In this document: positions 1 to 10,260 of the stretch, piece by piece | How the letters are laid out: the number at the start of each line of letters is the position of its first letter | Numbering within the stretch: position 1 is the first letter of the stretch | Notes under the pieces: generated by a model | The model's input: the letters and a program-made list of their open reading frames with translations, nothing else | What the model was told of the DNA's origin: nothing | Databases searched by the model: none | Made by a program: the position numbers and the translations under genes | IMG/VR virus record: IMGVR_UViG_3300036893_000013 | Span: 48,038 to 112,037 of that record | Length of the DNA stretch: 64,000 nucleotides | Direction: 5' to 3' (one strand) | Source of the DNA: a virus

Positions 1-3000
1 AACGTTGTAGTTTATAGTGCTTCCGGGAGGGGAATAGACCATATAGAAACTAATAGTATTGTTGGCGAATGGTAGAGCAGGCGAAGTAGTTGGAAGAGTT
101 TCTCCTGACGTACTGTGGTACCATACGCCGTATTGAATCTCAGCCGGATAGACTCCGGCAGCAGGAAAAGTAACCTGAACAATACTTGATGCAATACTAA
201 GACCAGAAGATGGGTAATTAGCACTCATGATCTTATATCCTTTGATCGGTGTGCCGGTAGAAAAGTTGTAAGTGTTAGGATTGCCGCTATTGTTCCAAGT
301 CATAGGTCCAATTGCAGAAGGTACTAATGTAGCCCCTGAATCAGCGGTTCCTACGTCAGCCGCAGGACCATAGTTAGAATGATTAAGTGGTGCTGTGAAT
401 GTCATCCCAGAAACAGAATCAATACTAACTGTCTCTCCGTTGAGAAACGTAGCGTTAGATAGTCCGGCAAAAGTAAGCTGCACCCCAACGCTAACTAGAG
501 AGGCTAGGGTTCTGTCGCACTGCACAGTTACTTCATTGTTATTAACAGTAATATTTGTTACATTCAGAGATATAGACCCATTACCTATGCCCCAGAACAT
601 AGCTACTTGGTGACCAAACGTAAAAGTGTAAGTTCCCGGGGCCGGAATTATAAAGACCGGTAGCATGGCAATACTTAAATTTTCCATCGCAGAGGGAAAC
701 AGTGTGCTTAATGTGCCACTTAGTGTTCCATCTCCATAGCTAAAAACACCTACTTCGACCGCATTAGTTCCGCCTTGAGCACTGAGAAAGAAGCTACTCA
801 TAGTACCACTACCAGTTGCTGTTGAGACAGGCTGAGTACCATTTTGGCTCATTGGAGTATTAAAAGTACTGCCCGGAGGTCCGTTAGGAAGCTCACCCGC
901 CGCACCTACATCGCTATTCTTCTGACTATTACATTGCCAGTAATAGACAGGAAAGTTGCTTCCCTGAGTCATTATGCCCGTATAGGGTTGAAGCTGGTAA
1001 ACACAGTTGGTCGATCCCGGAGTATCTTCAATGATATGTCCAGATGAATATATCGTATGAGCAGCCCAAGTAAGAGTGGTATCTGAATCGTTAGATAAGC
1101 ACTTCCACTTGGCGGTTCCGTCTGTAGTAATCTGCCCGACAATAGTACTACTAGTAGTCCACGGCGCAGTACCCCCAGAAACCCCACTGTCTACTAACTG
1201 CTGAAGATACTTGCTACCACTAACAGTAATGATAATAAACTGCCATCTGTTGTAGTAAGTATTTGCTTTCCAACCAGATACGGCATTATTAACAATTACA
1301 TTAGGAGCAGTGCTCCCCCCGGCCATTCCCCAGTTCCAGACAATACCCCCATCAACAGAACTACCTCTGTTAATCCATAATGCAGACCCATCTATGGTAG
1401 TTGTACCTTCTGTTAATGGCCACTGAACAGCATTGTTTGCGGTATAACTAGATATCGGATTACCCCCAGAATTAACTGTTGGAATCTCAAGATCAGTAGT
1501 CGGAGGATAATAGCTAGAACCCAAAGCAACTATATTTACCGTACATCCTGTACCAGATATACCGGCTGTAGTAGCAACACCATTTTCAGTAGAATATCCA
1601 GTTCCTACATCTGTTATCTGGATAGTAGCAACACCACCAGTTGACCCGGTTAAACTAGCTACTCTAAACTGTGCTGTCCCAGAAGTACCAGACTGAGTGG
1701 GGAATAACCTATCACCTATTGCATATCCAGTACCGGCAGTTCCCAGTGTTCCTGCTGTAATACCTCCCACAAGAACTCCAGTTATATTTACAGTCGCCCC
1801 GGTCCCCGTACCGTTAGTAGTGGTGCTCACACCAGAAGCTACAGTGTAAGGCAGATACCCAGCGTTGTGAACTGTAAGACCAGTTATTGTAGTTCCCGAT
1901 ACCGTAGAGACTGTATAAGAGGCCCCGGCCCCCGAAACTTGTGTTGGATATACTAAATCTCCTACATTATACCCAGTCCCTCCTGACCCCAAGGAAAAAG
2001 TGGCAATCTGTCCACCACTGACAGTAAGTATATTGAAGGTTGCTAAAGTACCTGTTCCAGAAGTAGTAGTAGCTAGTCCGGATGCAGCAGTATATCCAGT
2101 AAAACTAATTCCTTGATATACCAATCCTATGGTTGCGGGAATGCCATTAATACTCTCTACTAGAAAGACAGCCCCGGAAGCTGGAGAACCTACCGGAACC
2201 ACTGGATATATAGCTTCTCCGACACTATATCCGGTACCACTTGCAGCTACCGAAGCAGAAGTTAGAGGACCGCCAGCATAGGTATTAGGAACTTCTGCGC
2301 TGAACTGAGTACCAGAGCTTACTATATTTACGGCTAATCCAGTACCAGAAGTAGCAGTAGTAGGGATATTAGTAGCTGAATAATAACCTTGTCCAGCAAC
2401 CTGAATAGCAATTGCAGTCGCTACTCCGGTACATAATGTTACTCCTGTAACAGCACTAATCGATACGGTAGCAACTTGAAAATAACCCCCTGAACCGCTA
2501 GTTTCTTCCGGAAAAATAAAATCTCCGACAGCATATCCAGTTCCCCCGACTGCTACAGTTGCCCCAGTTAAAGAACCTCCTGAAGTAGTTATATTAAGGG
2601 TGCAATTGACACCAATTCCAGACGTTGTGGTAGAGACATTACTACCGTTTATATACCCTGCTCCAGCAGAAGTTCCAACAGAAGTTACTTTAACTTGCCC
2701 ATTCATACTCCCAGCCGGAGTAGTTTGGGAGAGAGAAACAATTTCCCCCACAGTATAACCTTGTCCACCGAAATATAGACTGGCAGTATTTATAGGACCA
2801 ACAATATTCTCTATGGTTAAGGTTACACTCGTAGACCCCAAAACTTGAGTTACTAACGAATCTCCAGAAAAATAAAGTTGAAGACCAGATTGCAGTACTT
2901 GAGAGGCAGTTGGAAGGGGATTCGAATTAACATCTGTAGCCCGCATGGTAAACACAAAGGTCGAGTTATAAATGTAGAAACTAGACAACTGCACTACCGT

Positions 3001-3630
3001 TCCTATTAACTGTTCTACATTACCATTAGGATCAATGATGAAGGAGTTAAGTTCATAAGGAGTAAAATTGTACGGATTCAAGACAGCGTATAAGTTGCCG
3101 TTCGCTACTGCAATTTCTTGAAGAACAGTGGAATAAGGGATTCTCGTTTGAAGGGTATTAACCCATTTCTTCTGATTAGCTCCATCCCCCCAAAATAGAA
3201 CGTTCCCCACACTCTGCATATAACTCTGTCCAGAATACGGACTTTTATTCCAGATATCTATCTGACCGTTATTTGAGGCATCATATAAGGCAGATTTGGT
3301 ATCCACCATAGTTTTTATTTGTTCAGTATTAGCATTGAATAATCTAAACTCATAAAAACCATTTATATTACTCCACGTGTTACTATTCCACACGGAATTC
3401 CCCGGACGGCGAACCACTGTAAGTCGTTGGCTGAGTTCCAGATTTTCTCCCCCAAGAAAGGCATCTCCTCTAGGCCCGTAAAATTTCTCTTCCAAACGGG
3501 TAGAAGCGGCATCTCGTATAGCTGCGCGGTTGCTCCATAGCCCAGTAGTCCATCTTGCCCCCTGATAAAGAGCAGACTTCCTAGAAGGGCGGGGAGGTTG
3601 GGCACCGGCTACTTGTAGAGGATTAGGCAT
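1..3630 (-). CDS. Tail nozzle / tail tubular protein B-like (P22 gp10/T7 gp12 type) with large repeat insertion; 3' end beyond window
   Basis: Missing from the ORF track, probably because it has no stop in the window. Manual translation from ATG 3630: MPNPLQVAGAQPPRPSRK...ENLELSQRLTVVRRPGNSVW; the frame is open in every segment checked, including at base 1. RRPG motif, QSVGNVLFWGDG..KKW and WNWG segments, five GxGYxVG(D/E) repeats. Confidence 0.7.
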   Translation of the reverse strand, partial: MPNPLQVAGAQPPRPSRKSALYQGARWTTGLWSNRAAIRDAASTRLEEKFYGPRGDAFLGGENLELSQRLTVVRRPGNSVWNSNTWSNINGFYEFRLFNANTEQIKTMVDTKSALYDASNNGQIDIWNKSPYSGQSYMQSVGNVLFWGDGANQKKWVNTLQTRIPYSTVLQEIAVANGNLYAVLNPYNFTPYELNSFIIDPNGNVEQLIGTVVQLSSFYIYNSTFVFTMRATDVNSNPLPTASQVLQSGLQLYFSGDSLVTQVLGSTSVTLTIENIVGPINTASLYFGGQGYTVGEIVSLSQTTPAGSMNGQVKVTSVGTSAGAGYINGSNVSTTTSGIGVNCTLNITTSGGSLTGATVAVGGTGYAVGDFIFPEETSGSGGYFQVATVSISAVTGVTLCTGVATAIAIQVAGQGYYSATNIPTTATSGTGLAVNIVSSGTQFSAEVPNTYAGGPLTSASVAASGTGYSVGEAIYPVVPVGSPASGAVFLVESINGIPATIGLVYQGISFTGYTAASGLATTTSGTGTLATFNILTVSGGQIATFSLGSGGTGYNVGDLVYPTQVSGAGASYTVSTVSGTTITGLTVHNAGYLPYTVASGVSTTTNGTGTGATVNITGVLVGGITAGTLGTAGTGYAIGDRLFPTQSGTSGTAQFRVASLTGSTGGVATIQITDVGTGYSTENGVATTAGISGTGCTVNIVALGSSYYPPTTDLEIPTVNSGGNPISSYTANNAVQWPLTEGTTTIDGSALWINRGSSVDGGIVWNWGMAGGSTAPNVIVNNAVSGWKANTYYNRWQFIIITVSGSKYLQQLVDSGVSGGTAPWTTSSTIVGQITTDGTAKWKCLSNDSDTTLTWAAHTIYSSGHIIEDTPGSTNCVYQLQPYTGIMTQGSNFPVYYWQCNSQKNSDVGAAGELPNGPPGSTFNTPMSQNGTQPVSTATGSGTMSSFFLSAQGGTNAVEVGVFSYGDGTLSGTLSTLFPSAMENLSIAMLPVFIIPAPGTYTFTFGHQVAMFWGIGNGSISLNVTNITVNNNEVTVQCDRTLASLVSVGVQLTFAGLSNATFLNGETVSIDSVSGMTFTAPLNHSNYGPAADVGTADSGATLVPSAIGPMTWNNSGNPNTYNFSTGTPIKGYKIMSANYPSSGLSIASSIVQVTFPAAGVYPAEIQYGVWYHSTSGETLPTTSPALPFANNTISFYMVYSPPGSTINYNV

Positions 3631-4847
3631 TAATGAATAGAACCACCTGAAATTTTTCCGTAAAGGCCACTATTAGTGGTGGCAGTGTTGATGGTATAAG
3701 CCCCATAAGAACTTACCGTTGAATCTGAAAGTGTACTTGTGCCTGCCACTACGTTAAGAGTAGTCACAGTACTATTGATAGTTATGGTATTACTTGATCC
3801 CGAAAGAGAGGTGCCGGTACTGCATCCGGTTCCCGCGCCGTTTGTTACTGGAGTTGTGCCATTCTCCGTATAACACATAATTGTAGTTCCAGAATTTGAG
3901 TTAGAACAGGTAACTGTTATGGAAGAACTTGAGACACCAGACCCGGGAGTACAGGTAGGAGCAGTTGCATTTCCACCGCTGTTCACGGTGTAACTGAAGT
4001 TATAAACCCAAAGAGGTCCGACTGTATTTCCATCAGTTCCAGCCGTAAGACCCACATAAGCTGTGTTCATGCTGCCGACGATTGACGGAATGTTAACGCT
4101 AGTCCATACATTATGAAAGCAAGTCGAAGAAGAGGTTGGAGTACACGTTCCTCCAGCAGTAATATCATAGAGATTTAGAGTGAAATTTGAACCATCATAA
4201 ATAACTGTGGCCGAATAAGTGTCTCCAGTCGTGGTGTTAACGGTCGTGGCTGGAGAATTTAATGGTACCGGAGAGGTACTGATCTTACTAGGAGTGTAGT
4301 CCGAGTTATACGGAGGAATACAAGGAGACTGACTAGCTTGATAAATCTGAGCACTGCTGTAACTGAATGGAAAGGGCCACACAGCACTAGATGACAGTGT
4401 ACTGATCTGATCGAGTTCTAGAGCAAAAACATTATTAGGTTCGGGAGGTACGAAAGCTTGATAAAATCCACCTTCGCATCCGGCCCCGGCAACGAAGGTC
4501 TGTCCTTGTGCTCCTCCCAGATTGTTCGTATTGTTCAGAGTGAAAGCAATATTGACACCGTTTGGTACGAAGGTAAAAGTAGAGGTAAAAGCTTGTACAT
4601 TAACGGCGTAGTAATAAATCAAACTTGAAGACCCATGCCCGGCTCCGTTAGGCTGCAAAAGAATATTACTACTTGAAACACTTGAATCTGAGTTATTGAA
4701 AAACTGGAAACCCGGATTTCCATATTGCTGTACACTACACGTTCCAGATGTCGCAGCAATCCAGTTTCCTTGTGTGCAACTGAATATTGACTGCGCCGAA
4801 ACAAGGGAACTGAAGCAAATAATGCCAAGAATGAGTAGTATTTTCAT
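3630..4847 (-). CDS. Secreted L-type (ConA-like) lectin-domain protein with C-terminal chitobiase/Fn3-associated domain
   Basis: Signal peptide MKILLILGIICFSSLVSA|Q; FTSTFTF..IAFTL, ALELD, AYVGLTAGT lectin motifs; CYTENGTTP; paralog of 18610-19875. Confidence 0.7.
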   Translation of the reverse strand: MKILLILGIICFSSLVSAQSIFSCTQGNWIAATSGTCSVQQYGNPGFQFFNNSDSSVSSSNILLQPNGAGHGSSSLIYYYAVNVQAFTSTFTFVPNGVNIAFTLNNTNNLGGAQGQTFVAGAGCEGGFYQAFVPPEPNNVFALELDQISTLSSSAVWPFPFSYSSAQIYQASQSPCIPPYNSDYTPSKISTSPVPLNSPATTVNTTTGDTYSATVIYDGSNFTLNLYDITAGGTCTPTSSSTCFHNVWTSVNIPSIVGSMNTAYVGLTAGTDGNTVGPLWVYNFSYTVNSGGNATAPTCTPGSGVSSSSITVTCSNSNSGTTIMCYTENGTTPVTNGAGTGCSTGTSLSGSSNTITINSTVTTLNVVAGTSTLSDSTVSSYGAYTINTATTNSGLYGKISGGSIH

Positions 4848-6272
4848 TTACTGTATTGTTGTGCCAGAATTATATACATCACCGGAGTTAAATGCACTAG
4901 CAGAGACACACCCGGGGGTTACAAGTCCGGTTGGTAAATTGGTGGAACATAGCCACTGCGGATAGAGCGGATCATACCGACTAGTATTTGAGACTGTCTG
5001 ATAGCCGTATGCTGCTGCTACAGAAGTTGGGGTAAAATTAGAAATTAGTGTAGCCATACACGCTACGGTACTCGCATACGAAGAACAAGATGGTGCTCCC
5101 GGAACTGTTGGATTACTAAACGAAACGGCTGTTCCGATGGTATTATTAGGACCATAAGCAAATGATCCTGAAGTATAAATTATAGTATTGTTTCCACTTA
5201 CTCCCGAAGCATATGTGCTGTACAAATGATCGGTCGCATTTCCGTTGCCGACAGCCATCGCGTAGATCGCATTACCACCAAGACCCGTAGCTGTCGATGT
5301 CTGGAGAAGGTTGTTCCAAGCCTGCACATTGTAAGCTGAATAAAGAAATAGTTCTCCAACATCTGTGCGATTTTGATGTGTATCCCGAAGATTACCCCAA
5401 GAGGTATTGTAAAGCATATACACATTACCTAGCGAAGAACCCACTGAATTATAAGGCACTTCAAGGCCGCTGCTGCCGTTCCCTACAGTAATATTGTTTT
5501 GTACAACGACTTGTTGAGAATATGGAGTACCACTCGACTGGGAATAATCTAATGAATCTACGATAATTCCTTCTCCATCTGTTGAACCTCCTCCATTACA
5601 GGTGGCAGGATCATAGTTGGCATAAGAAAAATTACCCGCAATATAGATATGAGTGCCGGGACTGGTGTCTTTAGCAAGAGGTTGATAGACACTTATACCA
5701 CTATAACAGGCAGTATTTCCCTGAGCAGCGTTATAAACTATATCCCCTACAATTGCAATGTAATCTACCGAGTAGCTAGTACCGTCATTAAATGTGGAAA
5801 ATCCACCTCCAATACAGCCGTTAGCTATATCGTCAACAAAGGCAACATCGTACACTTCTGAAGGTGTAGTTTGATTAGGGGAGGCCATAAAGCATCCTAT
5901 GTATTGCTGAGGAGCAGAAGAACCCTGAACTTCCCACCCAGCAATCATCCAATGCGGCTTATCTACCCAGAAGTAGCCCGTAGAACCACTAATGATACAG
6001 GCATCAAAGGTGGTACATTTAAGAGTGGCAAAACAGTGGCCTGACCCAGTAACCGCGCCCCATTCCCCTTGCCAGAAGTTCCACCCGCTATACGAAGAAG
6101 AAGCAGCGGCTGTGATTATATCACCACAATTAACGGCATGGTTTGGACTGAGCCAAGGTGTTCCGGTAGAGGTTCCGTTATTTGAGTCACTTCCCGACGG
6201 CGACAGATAGTAGTTTGTCGCAAAACAGGGAATGGCAAACAGAGATATAAATATTAGAAGATATCTTATCAT
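4848..6272 (-). CDS. Secreted right-handed beta-helix (pectin lyase-like, DUF1565-type N-terminus) protein
   Basis: Start moved to ATG 6272 (MIRYLLIFISLFAIPCFA|T); YYLSPSGSDSNNGTS..PW motif; DGEGIIVD, NNITVGNG coils. Confidence 0.7.
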   Translation of the reverse strand: MIRYLLIFISLFAIPCFATNYYLSPSGSDSNNGTSTGTPWLSPNHAVNCGDIITAAASSSYSGWNFWQGEWGAVTGSGHCFATLKCTTFDACIISGSTGYFWVDKPHWMIAGWEVQGSSAPQQYIGCFMASPNQTTPSEVYDVAFVDDIANGCIGGGFSTFNDGTSYSVDYIAIVGDIVYNAAQGNTACYSGISVYQPLAKDTSPGTHIYIAGNFSYANYDPATCNGGGSTDGEGIIVDSLDYSQSSGTPYSQQVVVQNNITVGNGSSGLEVPYNSVGSSLGNVYMLYNTSWGNLRDTHQNRTDVGELFLYSAYNVQAWNNLLQTSTATGLGGNAIYAMAVGNGNATDHLYSTYASGVSGNNTIIYTSGSFAYGPNNTIGTAVSFSNPTVPGAPSCSSYASTVACMATLISNFTPTSVAAAYGYQTVSNTSRYDPLYPQWLCSTNLPTGLVTPGCVSASAFNSGDVYNSGTTIQ

Positions 6273-8467
6273 TAGTTGTGCGCCATCATTCCAATCTGGT
6301 TGCCTGACCCCCACGATGCTGTTGGAATAGTGATTGTTGACGGTAGTTGCCCGTTTGTGGATGTTTGACTTACAGGCTGACTGGCATTATATGGGGTGAA
6401 ACCTTTCCACTCTTCGTCAAGATTAAGAACAGTGGCATTTCCGGTTACCGCCATATAATAATACTGACCGGCTGCTGGAGCAGTTAAAGTTACAGGGGAA
6501 GATTGGGTAATTGCCTGATCCCATTGACCAGTATGAGTTATGGCTACACCTTGAGAACCGGAACCAATATCAGCAACTAGAGGGCAACTTGTTCCACCTA
6601 GAGCACAAGGACCATAAATACCTATGTCGTAGTAATGTCCAGAAGTAGTGTCATCAGTAGAAACTTGGAAATCTAGATAAGAAATTTTCTGAGCGGTCGC
6701 TGGCCCGTTTACGATTACCCAAGTATAAACAGTTCCAGCAGTTCCTACTCCGAAACTTCCCTGACTGGTTGAACCCATTGAAATGGGCCAGATAGAAGCA
6801 GAAGTGGAACTTCCGCTAGCACAGTTTGCCACATAAGCATCTGTTGCAATATCAGTGTTACTTGCACAAGATTGTGTCGGAGCGGTAGGAGTTCCTGTAA
6901 GAGCAGGAGAAGCAGCAAGTACAACGTTGCCAGTACCAGTACTTGATACATACCCAATTGCCGACCATCCGCTAGATGGAGTACCTGCGGTCATGAACTG
7001 GGTTCCGGAAGGAGCAGTTGTACTCGGTTGCCATCCGTAAGCAGTAGCAGAAGTCGAGGAGAATCCACCAATAGCGAAGTCGTGTGTAGGGATAGTTTGA
7101 TTTGTAGTGTTACCACCTAAATACATCATACCGGCATCTCCAGAAGGGGGAGCAGAACCAATTGGTCCAGCGGAAGCTGTAATACCTCCGCTACCGGCGT
7201 ATGTTAAGGTATTAGCAGTTGTTGCCCCATCATCGAGGTTAGAATCCCCACTAACCGTGCTACCAGTTGACGAATACCATGTAATATGACCAGCATTTCC
7301 ACTACTAACCGTGCCCCCGCCTCCCACAAAAGTACATGTGGATATTGCACTAGAAGGAGTTCCGCAGCTTAAAAGTGGTGTCGAATTGGTGGGTCCAGTA
7401 GCTGGTAGCTGGAGAGCATAAGCTGTAAAAGAAGCTGACGAGGGTCCCATAAATCCAGTGGTATTCGAAGTAACGGCCTGATTTGCTGTATTGCCTATAA
7501 GAGAAATATATCCAGAATGCACACCGTCTGAAGTCGCTGAAACACCAGAACTAAAAGCCGCAGAAGTACCAGTAAGTGCTCCGGTTAAAGTGCCTCCTGT
7601 AAGAGGAAGATCGAGAGTGGCACTGTTAGCCACACACGAGGCGCAAGTACCAGTTAAGTTGGTAATTACTCCGGAAGCGGGAGTTCCTAACGCAGGAGTG
7701 ATAAGGGTAAGATTGGTTGCACTCAATCCACTAGGAAGAGTTGTGCTTTCGGAGGGAACTCCGCTGCCGTTAGTACTTACAACTGCATTATTTACAGGAG
7801 TAACTCCAGCCAAAGCCGAAGTAGTACCTGCGCTATATACGATTGAATTAGTAGCTAAGTTAGCAAGAGTACCGAGATTTGCTGCTGTTGCTGCGGTTGG
7901 ACCCGCACTTGTTGAATCAAATTGAAATCCGGAAATAGCCGATCCACCTACTTGAGATACTGTTCCTGTTTGTGTATACCACGTAACATCGTATTGGGGT
8001 TCAGCGGTTACTGTTCCTGATCCGGAAGGAGTTTGGCAAGCTCCATCTCCTCTGAGATACGTAGAGGAACTACAAGTTCCCGACCATAACCCATACACAT
8101 CCGCTGCGACTGCTATAGAAGGTACACCGGTAGTTGTAGTATTTTTTAAAATACCTGTTCCAAGGCCGGACAGAAGGGTTCCGTTAATACCTTTTACAGT
8201 AGTAGCACCCCCTGTAGAAGTACTGACAGCATCGCCAGTAAGGGCATTGAAGGTACCACTTCCACCAAAAGCTGTCCATGTGTTTGTTGCAGAACAGTAG
8301 TATGGAGATTCAATCCCACCAGAAAGCAGGTAGAAATTAATCACAGGACTACTAACCGAGCAAGTCGCGGGGAGACTAGAACCACTACCGTAACTTACAA
8401 CTCCGCTTTGTGGTCCCGTCTGCGCGAGAGCGGGGAGTGCGAAAAATAAAAATAAGAGTTTTTTCAT
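6272..8467 (-). CDS. Signal-peptide-bearing fibre-like virion protein
   Basis: MKKLLFLFFALPALA|Q; fibre motifs LTGDAVST..TVKGING, TYLRGDG, LPLTGGTLTGALT, SPALTGTPTAPT. Confidence 0.65.
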   Translation of the reverse strand: MKKLLFLFFALPALAQTGPQSGVVSYGSGSSLPATCSVSSPVINFYLLSGGIESPYYCSATNTWTAFGGSGTFNALTGDAVSTSTGGATTVKGINGTLLSGLGTGILKNTTTTGVPSIAVAADVYGLWSGTCSSSTYLRGDGACQTPSGSGTVTAEPQYDVTWYTQTGTVSQVGGSAISGFQFDSTSAGPTAATAANLGTLANLATNSIVYSAGTTSALAGVTPVNNAVVSTNGSGVPSESTTLPSGLSATNLTLITPALGTPASGVITNLTGTCASCVANSATLDLPLTGGTLTGALTGTSAAFSSGVSATSDGVHSGYISLIGNTANQAVTSNTTGFMGPSSASFTAYALQLPATGPTNSTPLLSCGTPSSAISTCTFVGGGGTVSSGNAGHITWYSSTGSTVSGDSNLDDGATTANTLTYAGSGGITASAGPIGSAPPSGDAGMMYLGGNTTNQTIPTHDFAIGGFSSTSATAYGWQPSTTAPSGTQFMTAGTPSSGWSAIGYVSSTGTGNVVLAASPALTGTPTAPTQSCASNTDIATDAYVANCASGSSTSASIWPISMGSTSQGSFGVGTAGTVYTWVIVNGPATAQKISYLDFQVSTDDTTSGHYYDIGIYGPCALGGTSCPLVADIGSGSQGVAITHTGQWDQAITQSSPVTLTAPAAGQYYYMAVTGNATVLNLDEEWKGFTPYNASQPVSQTSTNGQLPSTITIPTASWGSGNQIGMMAHN

Positions 8468-8470
8468 ATT

Positions 8471-9580
8471 TTAGTATCCGTAGTAATAGCCGTAATTAAA
8501 GGGACTTGCAGGACCAACAGGATAGAACGGACCTAAAACAGAATCTCCGGACATTTGCGTATCGGGGAAAATACTCCATGCCTGTTCTTCCCTCTCTCCT
8601 GCTCTTATAGCTTGCTCAATTTGTTCATGCCACATCTGATTCTGCATAGCTGCGCGGGGGGAATTAGCATGTTGAAGGCATTTAGCAACAAATCCTTCCC
8701 GGAAAAGATAAGCTAAATCATCTGGAACTGGAGAAATAGTCTGGTCTAAATACTTGAATCTAGGTGCTCTACGTTGGTAAACAATCCAAAATAACCAAGT
8801 AAATCCGCCTTCAGCAGGCAGAGGATTTACTCTTATAGCAAAGCCATTAGGATTAGCTACTGTCCAAGTAAGAGTACCGTCAGGTACCGTAGTACCCGGG
8901 GGCGAGGCGGGAGGAAGTTCCGGAGCAGTAGAACCCGAAGTTCCAAAATTAGCACCCGTACTGTTATAGGGATTAGGTGTCGGTAAAGGAATATTAGTCC
9001 CTTGATATCCTTGAACATTAGGAGTAAGGCCCATGATAGAAGTGTCTAGGAATAGCATGTTCCCATTAGCATCTACGATTTGTTGAATAGGAGTTTGCGG
9101 AGAACCAGAAGTACCATATCCGCAGTTGTATACTGTATTAGCAGTCCAAGTACCAAAATTACACTGGTTATTAGGTATAAAGCATACTATACTGGGATTT
9201 CCCTGATAAGGAGTAAGTCCCATGTCTCTATTAGTTTCCATAAGAAACAGTGGTTTTGGACAGAGATTGCCTGTATTAGTGTTATTATTGATATCAATTC
9301 TAAATGCTGACGTTAGCCAGCCCACGTCAGTTAGATTAGTAATATAGTCTTGCTGTAGAGAATTAGATAAGAATAAGGGAACATAAGACGCATTCCATCT
9401 CCAATTCAAACCTTGCGATAGAATTTTTTGAAGAACATCGTTAGCGAAGGTCAGCGCTGGTTCAAAAGTATAGCCACCCGCAGGAAGAATTGGATTACAC
9501 TCAGAAAAACTTCTAGCATAATCAACTACTTCCTGTAGGGTTATAGAGCTAGGTGGAACTAGATTTGGAAGAACAGGCAT
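8471..9580 (-). CDS. Head-tail adaptor / tail tubular protein A-like with inserted WxANTxY...DGTxxW module
   Basis: ITLQEVVDYAR N-terminus, WRWN..DY..GW, RVNPLP, VPDDLAYLF; paralog of 19876-20610. Confidence 0.6.
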   Translation of the reverse strand: MPVLPNLVPPSSITLQEVVDYARSFSECNPILPAGGYTFEPALTFANDVLQKILSQGLNWRWNASYVPLFLSNSLQQDYITNLTDVGWLTSAFRIDINNNTNTGNLCPKPLFLMETNRDMGLTPYQGNPSIVCFIPNNQCNFGTWTANTVYNCGYGTSGSPQTPIQQIVDANGNMLFLDTSIMGLTPNVQGYQGTNIPLPTPNPYNSTGANFGTSGSTAPELPPASPPGTTVPDGTLTWTVANPNGFAIRVNPLPAEGGFTWLFWIVYQRRAPRFKYLDQTISPVPDDLAYLFREGFVAKCLQHANSPRAAMQNQMWHEQIEQAIRAGEREEQAWSIFPDTQMSGDSVLGPFYPVGPASPFNYGYYYGY

Positions 9581-9588
9581 GGGTTTCC

Positions 9589-10260
9589 TTAATTAATCAC
9601 TGAACCTGTCAGGTTTTGTGGAGTGGGTGGAGTTGGTATAGAGGGGGCAGTAGCCACGACAACTGAAAAGGTATTACTAGGGGCACTTTGCGTACCCGCC
9701 GCGTCAACTGAAACTACGTAGTAATCATATGTAGTCGAAGCATCGATTGTTTTATCAGTATAGGTTGTAGTTTGTATAGCTGTTGGTGTCAGTTGTATTG
9801 CTGACCCTCCAGCAACAGATCGAAATACAAGGTACCCAGTTACAGCCGGAGTGCTAGTAGTAGGAGCTTGCCATACGAGTGATACACCACAAGCCGGATT
9901 AGGATCAGTAGCACAGAACAGAGCGGGAGTTACTGGAGTTACTGGGGTTACTGGAGGCGTTGTTCCCGCAGCATTGACCGTCAGCGTCAATTTCGTCGTC
10001 GTATAAACACCAGCCGTGGGCGTGGCCTGCTGAACCTCGATATTATAGGTTCCTGCTGCCGTTGGAGTACCTGAAAGAATTCCAGTGGTGTTATCGTAAC
10101 TTAATCCGTCTGCTGATATCTCCTGTATACCGTTAATTGTGACCAGATAACCGCCGTTTGAAACAGGTGCCGCAATAGCCTGACTGAAAGGTACCCCTAC
10201 AGTTGCGGTTGTGGTTTGAGCGTAAACAGTAGATGCCAGCAAAAATAGTATTAGTTTCAT
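9589..10260 (-). CDS. Secreted putative Ig + fibronectin type III protein
   Basis: MKLILFLLASTVYA|Q; GLSYDNTTGILSGTPTAAGTY (He_PIG-like); LVWQAP..GYLVFRS..YTD..YYVVSVD..SAPSN (FN3). Confidence 0.75.
   Translation of the reverse strand: MKLILFLLASTVYAQTTTATVGVPFSQAIAAPVSNGGYLVTINGIQEISADGLSYDNTTGILSGTPTAAGTYNIEVQQATPTAGVYTTTKLTLTVNAAGTTPPVTPVTPVTPALFCATDPNPACGVSLVWQAPTTSTPAVTGYLVFRSVAGGSAIQLTPTAIQTTTYTDKTIDASTTYDYYVVSVDAAGTQSAPSNTFSVVVATAPSIPTPPTPQNLTGSVIN

Noticed and set aside
3363-3605. 80-aa ORF in the track
   Set aside because: Out-of-frame shadow of the long gene starting at 3630
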